Assembly: GCA_963702845.1 (NCBI GenBank)
Contig: OY969763.1
Coordinates: forward strand, 2,208,001-2,272,000
DNA length: 64,000 nt
Direction of reading: 5' to 3'
Source: an uncultured Verrucomicrobiae bacterium
GTDB lineage: Bacteria > Verrucomicrobiota > Verrucomicrobiia > Limisphaerales > Palsa-1400
A program made the translations under genes and the position numbers. The notes under the pieces were generated by a model. The model was not told the DNA's origin, searched no databases, and saw only the letters and a list, made by a program, of their open reading frames with translations. Shown in pieces: positions 50,185 to 62,447 of the stretch (its first letter is position 1; each line of letters starts with the position of its first letter).

Positions 50185-50851
50185 ATGGCGCAGATTTTCC
50201 GAAAAAGTGCCAACAGCTTCGCTCGCGCGACGCTTGCGGGAATTGTTTTGCTCGTGTTTGGCTTCTTCGGAGTCACGTACGCGGTTTATTGGTCGCCTTA
50301 CACGACGGATGTGCATGTGCCTCGCTCGCAGCCGGTCCCGTTCAGTCACCAGCATCACGTTTCTGGCCTCGGCCTGGATTGCAGATATTGCCACACGTCA
50401 GTTGAGAAGTCCTCCTTCGCCGGTATTCCTCCGACGGAGACCTGCATGACATGTCATTCGCAAGTCTGGCGTGACGCGCCGGTCTTGGCGCCCGTGCGGG
50501 AAAGTTTGGCAACCGGCACACCGTTGCATTGGAAGCGCGTGAATCAAACGCCCGATTTCGTATTTTTCAATCACAGTATTCACGTGACCAAAGGGATTGG
50601 TTGTTCCACCTGTCATGGCGCTGTCAATCAGATGCCCATCACGTGGAAAGAACACTCGCTCTACATGCGCTGGTGCCTCAATTGTCACGCCAATCCGCAA
50701 GAGCATCTGCGGGCGAAAAGTGAAATTTACAACATGTATGTGGAAAGCGCCCCCCGACCAGGCCCAGCGCGGACACGATTTGCTAAAAACGTATCACATC
50801 AGCCAACAACGCCTCGATCAACTGCGCGATTGCAGCATGTGCCACCGATGA
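50185..50851 (+). CDS. actA: Alternative complex III pentaheme cytochrome c, frameshifted near 50738
   Basis: QPVPFSHQHH; CRYCH, CMTCH, CSTCH, CLNCH, with the fifth motif CSMCH in the second frame. Confidence 0.85.
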
Positions 50852-53835
50852 AGCAAACGAACCTCCATCGACCTCACCGAAATCCGCGCCAAATTGAACG
50901 GCGCGCGAGGCCAGGAGTATTGGCGCAGTTTGGACGAGGTCGCGCAAACACCGGAGTTCGAGGAAATGTTACACCGGGAATTTCCCAACGCCGCGTCCGA
51001 ATGGGAGCTCGACCTTCAGCCGTCGCGATTTCATGCGAATAGCAGCAGCGTCCATCGCGCTCGCGGGTGCGACGGCTTGCACGAAGCAGCCGGCCAAAGA
51101 AATCTTGCCCTACATTCGCCAACCTGAAGCGCTCGTTCCCGGCAAGCCGATGTATTACGCCACCGCGATGGCGCTGGATGGGTACGGCACGGGAGTGATC
51201 GTCAAAAACCGCGAAGGGCATCCCGTGAAGGTGGATGGGAATGACGATCATCCGGCGGTTGCGCGCGGTTCGAGCATTTGGATGCAGGCATCCATTCTCG
51301 ATCTGTACGACCCGGACCGTTCGCAATCCATCACGCACTTTGGCGAAATCAGCGACTGGGGTTTGTTTGTCGGCGACTTGAACGAACTGATTCGCGAGCA
51401 CGATCAGGACGGCGGCGCCGGTTTGCGATTCTTAAGCGAGACGATCACCTCGCCAACGCTTATTGGACAACTCGAATCTTTGCTCAAAAAATTCCCGAAG
51501 GCGCGCGCATATCAATACGACCCGGTTTGCCGCGATAACGTGCGCGAAGGTTCAAAACTCGCATTTGGGGAATACGTCGAACCTCACTACAAATTCGAAA
51601 ATGCGGCAGTTATCATGTCGCTGGAATCGGATTTTCTCTACACACATCCTGAGCGGCTGCGCTACACACTCGGATACACAAACGGAAGGCGGCTAGCCGC
51701 TGGTAAGCAACAGATGAACCGCCTGTATGTCGCCGAAAGCACTCCGAGCGTCACCGGCACAATGGCGGAACATCGCTTACCAATCGAGAGCGGCAGGATC
51801 GAAGAGCTTGCATTTGAAATCGCGCGAGCCGTTGGCAGTGTCTCGGAGCTGCCAAAAGACGCGGGGTCGTGGGTTCGCGCCGTCGTCGCTGATTTGAAAA
51901 GCAATCGAGGCAAAAGCGTCGTCATTGCCGGAGAATCTCAGCCGCCTATGGTCCATGCCATTGCGCATCGTTTAAACGAAATGCTCGGTAATGTCGGAAG
52001 CACCGTTTCCTATTCAAAGCCCGTCGAGTTTCAAACTGCGAACCAGATTGCAGCGTCTGCGAGATTTCGCCCGTGACCTCCAGCAAGGCCATGTGCAAAC
52101 AGTTTTTGTCCTCGGCACGAACCACGTTTACTCAGCGCCGGCCGACCTCAATTTAGGGGCTTTGCTCGCGAAGGTTAAACGGAGCATTCACATCGGTTTG
52201 GATTACAACGAAACGGCCGCCGTCTGCACCTGGCACATTCCGCAAGCCCATTATCTCGAATCCTGGGGCGATGTGCGGTCGTTCGATGGCACCGTCTCAT
52301 TACAACAGCCGCTCATCGCGCCGCTTTATGGTGGAAGAACAATTTGCGAAGTGCTCGGCGTGCTCCATCAACAACAACCCATTCGCGCCGACTACGAAAT
52401 CGTACGCGAGCATTGGCGCAACAAAAACCAATGGCAGGATTTCGAGAAGGGTTGGCGCAAGGCGTTGCACGATGGATTTATCGCTGACACGGCTGAACCT
52501 GCACAACAAATCACCATGCACGTTCAGTCGCTCGATGATCTAAAAACACAGCAACGAATTAACCCCAGTGGCCAGATCGAAGTCGTGTTTCGACCCGACC
52601 CAAGTATTTGGGACGGTCGCTTTGCCAACAACGGTTGGCTACAGGAATGCGCCAAACCGGTGAGCAAGATGGTTTGGGACAACGCGGTGTTGGTCAGTGG
52701 CGCGTTGGCTGAACGCGAGCGGTTGAACAATGATGACGTTGTTGAGTTGAGCGTTGGCGGAAGGACGATTCGTGGCCCGGTCTGGATTACTCCCGGCCAG
52801 GCCGAGAACACCATCACGCTACAGCTTGGCTATGGACGCGAACGCGTCGGGCGTGTCGGTTCCGGTGTCGGTTTCAATGCGTATGCCCTTCGGACTTCCG
52901 ACGCGTTATGGACTCAAACCGGCGCGCAACTCGCGAAGACAGGACGCACGCACAAGCTGGTCACGACGCAAATTCATCACAATCTAGCCAGTCCAGAGCG
53001 TGAGGTTTACCGCAGCGGCACGCTGGCCGAATTAAAAACTGATCCAGAATTCGTAAAACAATCGCTTGAGGAACCACGTCCCGACGAGACTCTCTACGAC
53101 CCATACGAATACCCCGGCTACAAATGGGCGATGTCGATCGACCTCACGACCTGCATCGGATGCAACGCCTGTCTCCTCGCGTGCAACGTTGAAAACAACA
53201 TTCCCGTCGTCGGTAAAAACCAGGTCGACAAGCATCGCGAGATGTATTGGATTCGCATCGATACCTATTACAAAGGGCCGCTGGAAAATCCCTCGTTCAA
53301 TCACATGCCCGTCCCCTGCATGCACTGCGAGCATGCACCCTGTGAATTGGTTTGTCCGGTTGCGGCAACTGTTCACGATCACGAAGGTCTCAATCTCCAG
53401 GTTTACAACCGATGCGTTGGAACCCGGTTTTGTTCCAACAACTGTCCCTACAAAGTTCGCCGATTCAATTTCCTGCAATACACCGACTATCACACGCCGG
53501 CGTTAAAACCGCTCTACAATCCCGACGTGACCGTGCGTTGGCGCGGCGTCATGGAAAAATGCACCTACTGCGTGCAACGCATCGCTTCGGCGCGAATCAC
53601 TGCGGAAGAGCAAAACCGCCGTATTCGCGAAGGCGAAGTCAGGACCGCGTGCCAGCAAGCGTGCCCGGCCGACGCCATCGTTTTCGGCGACCTCAACGCG
53701 CCTGACAGCAAAGTCGCAAAATTGAAAAAGCGTTCGCTCGATTACTCGATGCTGGGCGACTTAAACACGCGTCCGCGCACAACTTATTTGGCCAAGGTGC
53801 AGAACCCGAATCCTGACCTGGAGGGCAAAACGTAG
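50848..53835 (+). CDS. actB: Alternative complex III molybdopterin-like/Fe-S subunit, with several frameshifts
   Basis: YWRSLDE..REFP leader (50894 ORF), 51033..52076 ORF, and 51991..53835 ORF with CIGCNAC, CMHCEHAPC, CVGTRFC, MEKCTYC. Confidence 0.85.
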
Positions 53836-53836
53836 T

Positions 53837-55252
53837 ATGGAAACGATTCAAGGTTCAGAACCACGGATACCAGACGCCAAAGCGCCCTACCCTGTAACCG
53901 TGCTCGGGTATCCAGCCGAGATGATCGGTCCTGACGAATCGTATCGCAAAATCAGCGACCAGGTTGCCGACATTAATCTCAAACATCCGCGACCCAAGTT
54001 TTGGTTCATTGGGTTTACAGCGGCATTCACACTGTTTCTAGTGCTGTGCGGTTCGGTCAGTTATTTGCTTTATCGCGGCGTCGGAATTTGGGGCATCAAC
54101 ATCCCCGTCGCATGGGGCTTTGCCATCACCAACTTCGTTTGGTGGATTGGAATCGGTCACGCCGGAACGTTTATTTCCGCAATCTTGCTGCTGCTGTTCC
54201 AGAAATGGCGCACGACGATCAATCGGTTCACCGAAGCAATGACACTGTTCGCGGTCATGTGCGCCGGTCTGTTCCCGCTGTTACATCTCGGTCGTCCATG
54301 GGTTTTCTTCTGGCTGCTTCCCTACCCTGACACGATGAATTTGTGGCCGCAGTTTCGCAGTCCGCTCGTGTGGGACGTGTTCGCGGTCAGCACCTACTTC
54401 ACCGTTTCCTTGCTGTTTTGGTATTTGGGCGTCATGCCGGATCTGGCGACAGTGCGCGACAAAGCCGTGACAAAATGGAAGCGCCTGCTTTACGGCGTCT
54501 TCTCGATGGGTTGGCGCGGTTCGGCCAGGCACTGGAAAAACCACCAATCGGCTTACCTGCTGCTCGGCGGATTAGCGACCCCACTGGTATTGTCGGTGCA
54601 CAGCGTCGTCAGCTTCGACTTCGCCGTCGCCCAGGTCCCCGGATGGCATTCCACAATTTTCCCGCCTTACTTCGTCGCCGGCGCCATCTATTCGGGTTTT
54701 GCGATGGTGTTGAATTTGATCATCCCGATCCGGCGCATTTACGGTCTCCAGAATCTGATCACCACGCGAACGCTCAACAACATGGCCGTCATCACGCTCG
54801 TGACCTGCTGGATGGTGACTTACGGCTATATTATGGAAGCGTTCATGGCCTGGTATAGCGGCGATGTTTATGACAAAGGGACGATGCACGACCGGGCTTT
54901 TGGCGCTTACGCGTGGATCTTCTGGATTCTCATGACGGTTAATTGCGTCATCCCTCAACTTCTTTGGTCCCGCAAAATCCGCACCAACGACATCGCTCTA
55001 TTCTTCGTCGCGCTCTCCGCCAACATCGGCATGTGGATCGAGCGCTTTGTCATCGTCGTGCAAAGCCTTCACCATGATTTCGTGCCGTCCTCGTGGAAGA
55101 TGTATCGTCCGACGATTTGGGATTGGGCGACTCTATTTGGAAGCATCGGACTTTTTCTCACGTTACAATTTTTATTTATCCGCTATGTGCCGATGATCTC
55201 GATGTCGGAATCGCGTGAACTCGTCGCGCAACGCAAGGAGGGCCAACTGTGA
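53837..55252 (+). CDS. actC: Alternative complex III NrfD-like membrane subunit
   Basis: NFVWWIGIGHAGTFISA, HLGRPW, FRSPLVWD, PGWHSTIFPPYFV. Confidence 0.93.
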   Translation: METIQGSEPRIPDAKAPYPVTVLGYPAEMIGPDESYRKISDQVADINLKHPRPKFWFIGFTAAFTLFLVLCGSVSYLLYRGVGIWGINIPVAWGFAITNFVWWIGIGHAGTFISAILLLLFQKWRTTINRFTEAMTLFAVMCAGLFPLLHLGRPWVFFWLLPYPDTMNLWPQFRSPLVWDVFAVSTYFTVSLLFWYLGVMPDLATVRDKAVTKWKRLLYGVFSMGWRGSARHWKNHQSAYLLLGGLATPLVLSVHSVVSFDFAVAQVPGWHSTIFPPYFVAGAIYSGFAMVLNLIIPIRRIYGLQNLITTRTLNNMAVITLVTCWMVTYGYIMEAFMAWYSGDVYDKGTMHDRAFGAYAWIFWILMTVNCVIPQLLWSRKIRTNDIALFFVALSANIGMWIERFVIVVQSLHHDFVPSSWKMYRPTIWDWATLFGSIGLFLTLQFLFIRYVPMISMSESRELVAQRKEGQL

Positions 55253-55851
55253 TCGAGCCAGTCGGAGCAGACGTCCGCACGATGCCTCAGGCAGAGGTTG
55301 TTTCTCACACCGAAACGTTTTCAAAAAAACTTTACGGTTTGATGGCCGAATTTGTCGAGCACGACCAATTGCTCCACGCCGCGCGCAAGACGTATGCGCA
55401 AGGTTATCGCGAGATTGACGCCTTCTCGCCGTTTCCAATCGATGGCTTACCCGAGGCAATCGGCCACGAGCACAGCAATATTCCGTTCGTCACATTGATC
55501 GGCGGCATGATTGGCGGACTGGGCGGGTATTTCATGCAGTGGATCGCAAATGCGCACCTCTATCCGTTGAACGTCGGTGGTCGCCCGTTCAATAGCTGGC
55601 CAAATTTCATTCCGATTACATTCGAGCTGACGATCCTCCTCGCGGCCTTAACAGCGTTCCTGGCGGTGTTTGTTTTCAACAAACTTCCACAATTGAACCA
55701 TCCGGTCTTCAATGTGCCAGAATTCCATCGTGCATCGATCGATCGATTTTTCCTGTTGATAGAAGTGGAGGACCCTGAGTTTGACCTGGAACGCACACGC
55801 GATTTTCTCGACAGCCTTCAACCTCGAAAAATATCGGAGGTAGAGGAATGA
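55249..55851 (+). CDS. actD: Alternative complex III subunit D (DUF3341)
   Basis: DAFSPFPIDGL, NVGGRP, FIPITFELTIL. Confidence 0.9.
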   Translation: MIEPVGADVRTMPQAEVVSHTETFSKKLYGLMAEFVEHDQLLHAARKTYAQGYREIDAFSPFPIDGLPEAIGHEHSNIPFVTLIGGMIGGLGGYFMQWIANAHLYPLNVGGRPFNSWPNFIPITFELTILLAALTAFLAVFVFNKLPQLNHPVFNVPEFHRASIDRFFLLIEVEDPEFDLERTRDFLDSLQPRKISEVEE

Positions 55852-56420
55852 GCCAAACGCGATGGATGCTCCTCATTTGCGTGATAGCCGCCTCGGTCGG
55901 TTGCCGGCGCGACATGTTCATTCAACCGTCGCTCCATCCGCTCGAACGAACCGATGCATTCAAAAATGACATGGCCTCGCGCCCAGTGGTGGCAAACACC
56001 GTCGCGCGCGATCAACTGGACGAAGACACGGAATTTTACACCGGCAAAATCGGAACAAACCTCGTCACCACTTTGCCCTCTCCCGTCACGCGCGAAATGC
56101 TCCAACGCGGACAAGAGCAATTCGACATTTATTGTTCGCCCTGCCACGGACGCACCGGCGACGGAAACGGCATGATTGCGCAACGCGGCTTTACGCGGCC
56201 TCCCTCCTATCACAGCGATCGATTGCGCCAGGCGCCCATCGGCCATTTTTACGACGTCATCACGCACGGCTACGGCGTGATGTATCCGTACGCCGCGCGC
56301 GTAGAACCCGCCGATCGCTGGGCCATCGCCGCATACATTCGCGTCCTCCAAACCAGTCAAAATACGCGACTGGCAGAGGTTCCGGCGGAAGAACGCAGCA
56401 AGCTCGAGGCAAAGAAATGA
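55848..56420 (+). CDS. actE: Alternative complex III monoheme cytochrome c lipoprotein
   Basis: Lipobox VGC, DMFIQP, CSPCHG, DRWAIAAYIR. Confidence 0.9.
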   Translation: MSQTRWMLLICVIAASVGCRRDMFIQPSLHPLERTDAFKNDMASRPVVANTVARDQLDEDTEFYTGKIGTNLVTTLPSPVTREMLQRGQEQFDIYCSPCHGRTGDGNGMIAQRGFTRPPSYHSDRLRQAPIGHFYDVITHGYGVMYPYAARVEPADRWAIAAYIRVLQTSQNTRLAEVPAEERSKLEAKK

Positions 56421-57589
56421 ATGAGGACGCACAACATCGGGTATCGAAAATCCAACTGATCGCCTTGGTAATCGGTTTGCTTGCCTCGGTTGCGACCGTG
56501 ATCGGTGCATTCACTGACACGAAACAATTTTTCTATTCCTACCTCTTCGGTTTTTTGTTCTGGCTCGGTTTATCAATGGGCTGCTTCGCCGTCAGTATGT
56601 TGCATCAATTAACCGGTGGACGTTGGGGTTGGCCGACGCGGCGCTTTCTCGAAGCCGGTTTCATGGTGCTGCCGTTGATGCTGGTCTTGTTCATCCCAAT
56701 CTTCTTCGGATTGCATCAACTTTATCCGTGGGCGAGACCGCATGAATTCGGCGCTGATAAATTACTCCAGGACCGTCATCCGTACGAGAACGGGCTGTGG
56801 TACATCGTCCGTCAGATCGCTTTTTTATTAGTCTTCATTTGGATGGCTGCGCGAATTCGCGTTTGGTCTCTGCGACAAGACGCCACGACCGATGCTCTAC
56901 CCACGCGGCGCTCCCGCTTCATCAGCGGACCAGGGTTGGTTATTTATGGATTGCTCGGCACGTTCGCGTCGATCGATTGGATCATGTCGCTCGAACCGCA
57001 TTGGTATTCGACCATGTTCGGCGTCATCGTGCTGATTGGGCAAATCCTCACCGCCTACGCGTTCTCAGTGATCATGGTTTTACTGTTTAAACGCGATCCG
57101 TCGATTGCCGCGGTCTTAAGCAAAACCCAATATCATCAACTCGGAAACCTGCTTTTGGCCTTCGTGCTCTTCTGGACCTACGTGTCGTTTGGCGAATTTC
57201 TCATCATTTACTCTGGCGACATTCCGCATGAACTGGAGTGGTATCTGCATCGCATCGCCGGCAACTGGAAATTCGTTCTCGCCACCGTCGCCGCGTTTCA
57301 CTTCTTCGTTCCGTTTTTCCTGCTGTTGTTTCGAGCGGTGAAAAAGCATGGAACACCGCTGACTACCTTGGCTGTGATCATCTTCGTGATGCACATCGTC
57401 CACACGTATTGGCTGGTCATGCCGGCCTTTCACCACGATAACTTGAAAGTCAGTTGGATGGACTTCACTGCGCCTTTGGCTATCGGCGGTCTGTGGTTCG
57501 CCTTTTTCCTGGCGCGGCTGAAAGCCGCCCCATTGATTCCTCGGAACGATCCCGGACTCCAATTCGCATTTGCTTATGTCGAAGCCTAG
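56417..57589 (+). CDS. actF: Alternative complex III membrane subunit F
   Basis: Multi-TM; DWIMSLEPHWYSTMFG, LGNLLLAF. Confidence 0.9.
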   Translation: MNEDAQHRVSKIQLIALVIGLLASVATVIGAFTDTKQFFYSYLFGFLFWLGLSMGCFAVSMLHQLTGGRWGWPTRRFLEAGFMVLPLMLVLFIPIFFGLHQLYPWARPHEFGADKLLQDRHPYENGLWYIVRQIAFLLVFIWMAARIRVWSLRQDATTDALPTRRSRFISGPGLVIYGLLGTFASIDWIMSLEPHWYSTMFGVIVLIGQILTAYAFSVIMVLLFKRDPSIAAVLSKTQYHQLGNLLLAFVLFWTYVSFGEFLIIYSGDIPHELEWYLHRIAGNWKFVLATVAAFHFFVPFFLLLFRAVKKHGTPLTTLAVIIFVMHIVHTYWLVMPAFHHDNLKVSWMDFTAPLAIGGLWFAFFLARLKAAPLIPRNDPGLQFAFAYVEA

Positions 57590-58073
57590 CGCAAACCCCC
57601 AAGGCAAGCAGCAAGTCGACGCGGTCGGCTACGAAAAGCGCGACGCAAATGCTAAAGGTATTTTCCTGGCTGTCCTCGGCCTGTTTGTCGCGCTGCTCCT
57701 GGTCGACCTCATTGTGCGTTGGATTGTCCACGATTTCAAAAAATCACCAACGCCCGGCGATCGCTTCAGCGGCTCCGTCCGGCAAAAGCAAGCTGCCGCA
57801 ACGGAACCCGCCTTTCCACGATTGCAAATCTCGCCGCCAGCGGACCTGAGGAAACTTCGTGAAGAAGAAGCGCAGGAACTCAACACCTACGGCTGGATTA
57901 ACCAAACAGCCGGAGTCGTGCGCATCCCGGTTGATCGCGCGATGGACTTGGTATTGCAAAAAGGTTTGCCTGCACGTCAGAAAGGACAACCCGGCAAAGC
58001 CGGAGCGTCCAGTTACGAATTACAGTTACAACGCGCGAAAGAAAAACAGCCGGAGACTGGAGGGCCCCGATGA
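57576..58073 (+). CDS. actG: Alternative complex III subunit G-like protein
   Basis: GYEKRD, TM helix, PRLQ, YGWINQTAGVVRIPVDRAM; position in the operon. Confidence 0.7.
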   Translation: MSKPSANPQGKQQVDAVGYEKRDANAKGIFLAVLGLFVALLLVDLIVRWIVHDFKKSPTPGDRFSGSVRQKQAAATEPAFPRLQISPPADLRKLREEEAQELNTYGWINQTAGVVRIPVDRAMDLVLQKGLPARQKGQPGKAGASSYELQLQRAKEKQPETGGPR

Positions 58074-58903
58074 AGTGCTTGCTCCTGTTGATTATCGCTC
58101 TACTGCTGAATCTCTTGTCGGCCCCCGCGCAAATGCTCACGGATAAACAGCTTTCTGAAGTCAATTTTGATCAAAAACTCGGCGCGCAGCTTTCGTTGAA
58201 TTTGTGGTTCCGAGACGAAGCAGGCAAGGACGTAAGGCTCGGAGACTATTTCGGTAGCAAGCCCGTCATTCTCGTGCTCGGTTATTACCGGTGTCCGATG
58301 CTGTGCAACGCCACCTTCAACGGGATGATCGAAGCATTGAACGACATGCGTTGGAGCATCGGGCGCGAATTCCAAGTGGTCCATGTCAGCATCGATCCAA
58401 CGGAAACCTCTGAACTCGCGCGCAAAAAAAAGCAAACGTATCTCAAACGTTATGGTCGATTGGGCGCGAGCGATGGCTGGCATTTTCTGACGGGCGACCA
58501 ACAATCGATTCAACTCTTAACCGAGCAAGCCGGTTTCCGTTACGTCTATGACCCGGAGGTCAAGCAATACGCGCACCCTGGCGGCCTGATCATCGTCACG
58601 ACACAGGGAAAAATCACAAAATATCTCGCTGGCGTCACCTATTCGCCGGAACAAGTATTCAACTCCCTCAAGGACGCCTCAAAGGAGGGAATTGGCCAAC
58701 GCGTCCAGGAACTGTTCCTGCTCTGCTTCTCGCACAATCCAAGTCGAGGCAAATATGGGACCACAATCATGATCGCGGCGCGCACGCTTGGAGTCAGCAC
58801 TTGTGTAGGATTGACCTGTTTAATCGTGGTGCTGGTCCGTCGTGAGCACAGGAAGCCAACGGAACAACGTGACGACGCCAAACCAAAGGAGCCTGCTTCA
58901 TGA
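58070..58903 (+). CDS. SCO1/SenC copper chaperone
   Basis: YYRCPMLC, VSIDP, WHFLTG, YAHP. Confidence 0.9.
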   Translation: MKCLLLLIIALLLNLLSAPAQMLTDKQLSEVNFDQKLGAQLSLNLWFRDEAGKDVRLGDYFGSKPVILVLGYYRCPMLCNATFNGMIEALNDMRWSIGREFQVVHVSIDPTETSELARKKKQTYLKRYGRLGASDGWHFLTGDQQSIQLLTEQAGFRYVYDPEVKQYAHPGGLIIVTTQGKITKYLAGVTYSPEQVFNSLKDASKEGIGQRVQELFLLCFSHNPSRGKYGTTIMIAARTLGVSTCVGLTCLIVVLVRREHRKPTEQRDDAKPKEPAS

Positions 58904-59859
58904 ACATCCCGCTCCTGCCACGCGCGGCTTCGCAAACCGCCATTCAGGTCGATCACCTTGGCTGGGGCTTGCTGTTGATTAGCGCGGTAGTCCTCCTGGT
59001 CGTCTTCGTTCCGATGATGATATTTCTTTTCAAATATCGTCACGGCAAACCAGCCAACCGGGCGCCAGCCGAACTACCCACGTTCAAGATCGAAACCACA
59101 TGGACGCTCGTCACGTTGGTCGTAATGCTCGGTCTTTTCGCCTGGGGCGCAAACGTCTACTGGAACATCGAAACGCCTCCGGACGACGCCATGGAAATCA
59201 ACGTCATTGGCAAACAATGGATGTGGAAACTGCAACATCCGGAAGGCAATCGCGAGATTAACGAACTGCACGTGCCAGTCGGCCGAAATGTAAAATTCAC
59301 TCTCGCCTCGCAGGATGTGATTCACAGCTTTTACTTGCCCGAATTTCGCATCAAACAAGACGTCGTGCCCGGGTGGTATCGCAACATCTGGATCAAGGCG
59401 ACCAAAGTCGGAACCTATCATCTCTTCTGCTCAGAATTTTGCGGCACTCACCATTCCGCGATGAATGGTCACGTCATTGTGATGGAACCAGAGGAGTATC
59501 AACGATGGCTCGTGCAAGGCCAGCCGGGCAGCACGTTGGCGGAGTCAGGCCAGAAACTCTTCCGTGATCTTGGCTGCAGCGGTTGCCACGAGAACAGCAC
59601 CGTCGTTCGCGCGCCGCCGCTACAGGGACTCTTTGGCAAACCCGTCCCACTCCAATCCGGCCAGGTGATCACCGCCGATGAGGCCTATATTCGCGACTCC
59701 GTTCTTCTCCCGGCAAAAGACATCGCCGCCGGTTATACGAATGGCATGCCCTCCTACCAGGGTCGCGTGGATGAAGAACAGCTTTTGGAATTGGTTGCCT
59801 ACATCAAGAGCATCGGCGATCAGCCGGCGCAAACCCCAATCACCTTCAAACAAGAATGA
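58900..59859 (+). CDS. coxB: Cytochrome c oxidase subunit II with fused cytochrome c (caa3)
   Basis: [18 protein letters not shown]uA site, C-terminal CSGCH. Confidence 0.94.
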   Translation: MNIPLLPRAASQTAIQVDHLGWGLLLISAVVLLVVFVPMMIFLFKYRHGKPANRAPAELPTFKIETTWTLVTLVVMLGLFAWGANVYWNIETPPDDAMEINVIGKQWMWKLQHPEGNREINELHVPVGRNVKFTLASQDVIHSFYLPEFRIKQDVVPGWYRNIWIKATKVGTYHLFCSEFCGTHHSAMNGHVIVMEPEEYQRWLVQGQPGSTLAESGQKLFRDLGCSGCHENSTVVRAPPLQGLFGKPVPLQSGQVITADEAYIRDSVLLPAKDIAAGYTNGMPSYQGRVDEEQLLELVAYIKSIGDQPAQTPITFKQE

Positions 59860-61508
59860 ACTCTACTGATCAACTTAACGTCACGCAGTTCGTTCAGGAA
59901 GAACCGTCCAAGAACTACCTGACCGAGGAGCGCACGCTTTGGTCCTGGCTCACCACCACCGACCACAAACGCATCGGCCTGCTCTATCTTTTCTCAATCA
60001 TCTTCTATTTCCTCATCGCAGCAGTCGCGGCGGCTCTGATGCGCATCGAGTTACTCACGCCTGCTGGCGACCTCGTCACGTCCGAAACTTACAATCGCCT
60101 GTTCACCATTCACGGCACGCTCATGGTTTGGTTCTTCTTGATTCCATCCATCCCGGCCGTATTGGGAAATTTCGTCCTGCCAATGATGATCGGTGCACGC
60201 GACGTCGCGTTTCCACGACTCAATTTATTTAGTTGGTATTTGTTCAATCTCGGCGGAATGTTCGCAATCTATTCAGTTGTGTTTGGCGGCGCCGACACGG
60301 GCTGGACCTTTTACACGCCATACAGTAGCACCTACTCAAACTCCCACGTTACCATGCTCGCTGCCGGAGTATTCATCACCGGCTTCAGTTCAATTATCAC
60401 CGGCCTCAATTTCATCGTCACCGTTCACAAGCTTCGCGCCCCCGGCCTGACGTGGTTTCGGCTGCCCCTCTTCATCTGGTCGATGTATTCGACAAGCGTC
60501 ATCATGGTGCTCGCTACGCCGGTATTGGCCATGACGCTGACGCTGATGGCTATTGAACGCCTCTGGGGTGTGGGTGTTTTCGACCCAAGACTCGGCGGCG
60601 ACCCGGTCCTGTTCCAACACTTGTTCTGGTTCTACTCGCACCCAGCCGTTTACATCATGATTTTGCCGGGCATGGCGGTGGTCAGCGAAGTCATCACCTG
60701 CTTTTCACGAAAACCGATTTTTGGCTACGAGTTCGTCGCGTTTTCATCCATCGCCATCGCGGCCTTCGGATTTCTCGTCTGGGGCCATCACATGTTTGTC
60801 GCCGGCCAATCGGTCTATGCCGGAATCGTTTTCTCGCTCTTGAGTTATTTGGTGGCCGTGCCGTCAGCAATTAAAGTGTTCAACTGGACAATGACCTTGT
60901 ATCGAGGGTCAATATCCTTTGAGACGCCGATGCTCTATATCCTCGGTTTCATCGGGCTATTTACGATCGGCGGGCTTACCGGCTTATTCCTCGCGGCACT
61001 TGGATTCGACGTTCATGTCACCGACACCTATTTCGTCGTCGCGCACTTTCATTACATCATGGTCGGCGGCATGGTCCTCGCGTTTTTGGGCGGACTGCAT
61101 TACTGGTGGCCGAAAATTACCGGCCGCATGTATCCCGAGAAACTCGGACAACTCGCGGCGCTAGTTTCATTCATCGGATTCAACCTGACATTCTTCCCGC
61201 AATTCATCGTCGGTTACCTTGGAATGCCTCGACGCTATCACGCCTATTCGCCAGAGTTTCAAATTTACAATGTCCTCTCCACCGCCGGCGCATCGATCCT
61301 CGGTGTCGCGTATCTCCTGCCACTCATCTACCTGACCTGGTCACTCAAATACGGCAAGCGCGCGCCGCAAAATCCCTGGAACGCCACCGGTCTCGAATGG
61401 CAAACAACCTCACCGCCCGACAAACACAACTTCAAAGAGACGCCCATTGTCACCGGGCCGCCCTACCAATACAGCCCTCAAGCCGAGGAGGAAATGGTGC
61501 ATGGATAG
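59856..61508 (+). CDS. coxA: Cytochrome c oxidase subunit I (type A2)
   Basis: [34 protein letters not shown]. Confidence 0.95.
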   Translation: MNSTDQLNVTQFVQEEPSKNYLTEERTLWSWLTTTDHKRIGLLYLFSIIFYFLIAAVAAALMRIELLTPAGDLVTSETYNRLFTIHGTLMVWFFLIPSIPAVLGNFVLPMMIGARDVAFPRLNLFSWYLFNLGGMFAIYSVVFGGADTGWTFYTPYSSTYSNSHVTMLAAGVFITGFSSIITGLNFIVTVHKLRAPGLTWFRLPLFIWSMYSTSVIMVLATPVLAMTLTLMAIERLWGVGVFDPRLGGDPVLFQHLFWFYSHPAVYIMILPGMAVVSEVITCFSRKPIFGYEFVAFSSIAIAAFGFLVWGHHMFVAGQSVYAGIVFSLLSYLVAVPSAIKVFNWTMTLYRGSISFETPMLYILGFIGLFTIGGLTGLFLAALGFDVHVTDTYFVVAHFHYIMVGGMVLAFLGGLHYWWPKITGRMYPEKLGQLAALVSFIGFNLTFFPQFIVGYLGMPRRYHAYSPEFQIYNVLSTAGASILGVAYLLPLIYLTWSLKYGKRAPQNPWNATGLEWQTTSPPDKHNFKETPIVTGPPYQYSPQAEEEMVHG

Positions 61509-62145
61509 CGCGTATTCACCACTGGCGACGCCTTACGAGGAAATGCCGCAACAAAAAGATGCGGCCACACTGGGGATGTGGACTTTTCTCGCGACCGAAA
61601 TCCTGTTCTTCGGCGTGATGTTTCTGAGTTACATCGTTTACCGAAGCACCTATCCAGAGGCATTCGCAATCGCGAGCCATCATACGATTGTCCTCTTTGG
61701 CACCATCAACACAGCCATTTTGCTGACGAGCAGCTTGACGATGGCGCTCGCTGTTCATGCCGCCAAGGAAGGAAACAACCAACTCGTGTTTCGCTTTTTG
61801 GCGGTGACAGTTCTGTTCGGCATTGCGTTCCTCGGCGTCAAAGGCATCGAGTATCACCAGGACCTCGACGAACGCCTTTGGCCGGGCCCACACTTCCGGG
61901 AAGGCTTGCCGCCGCAGGCGCAAATCTTTTGGGTGCTCTACTGGATCATGACCGGTGTTCATGCCGTCCATGTCACCGTGGGCGTTTGTCTGATTTCCTA
62001 CATCGCGCACATGGCGGCGAAGCGGAAGTTCTCGCCTGAATACCATACGCCGGTTGAGATCACCGGTTTGTATTGGCACTTCGTCGACATCATTTGGATA
62101 TTCCTTTATCCCCTGCTCTACCTCATCAATCGCTATTCCGCATGA
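61501..62145 (+). CDS. coxC: Cytochrome c oxidase subunit III
   Basis: [40 protein letters not shown]. Confidence 0.93.
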   Translation: MDSAYSPLATPYEEMPQQKDAATLGMWTFLATEILFFGVMFLSYIVYRSTYPEAFAIASHHTIVLFGTINTAILLTSSLTMALAVHAAKEGNNQLVFRFLAVTVLFGIAFLGVKGIEYHQDLDERLWPGPHFREGLPPQAQIFWVLYWIMTGVHAVHVTVGVCLISYIAHMAAKRKFSPEYHTPVEITGLYWHFVDIIWIFLYPLLYLINRYSA

Positions 62146-62447
62146 GCACGATCCACCTTTCGAAAAAAACTTACTTCCTCGTTTGGGCCGCGCTCTTGCT
62201 GTTGCTCTTTGCGACCTGGGCGGCGGCGGAAGTGAACCTCGGCAAATTCAACAACGTCGTGGCGTTGACGATTGGGTTTGCGAAAATGTTTTTAGTCCTG
62301 CTGTTTTTCATGCACCTGAAATATGAAAAACGGCTGACCTGGGTCTTCGCCGCAGCCGGATTCATTTGGCTGGTCATCATGATTGGCCTGACGATGGGCG
62401 ATTACATCACGCGCTACGGGCCGTGGCACACTTTGCTGACGCGCTAG
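62142..62447 (+). CDS. coxD: Cytochrome c oxidase subunit IV
   Basis: AKMFLVLLFFMHLKYE. Confidence 0.88.
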   Translation: MSTIHLSKKTYFLVWAALLLLLFATWAAAEVNLGKFNNVVALTIGFAKMFLVLLFFMHLKYEKRLTWVFAAAGFIWLVIMIGLTMGDYITRYGPWHTLLTR

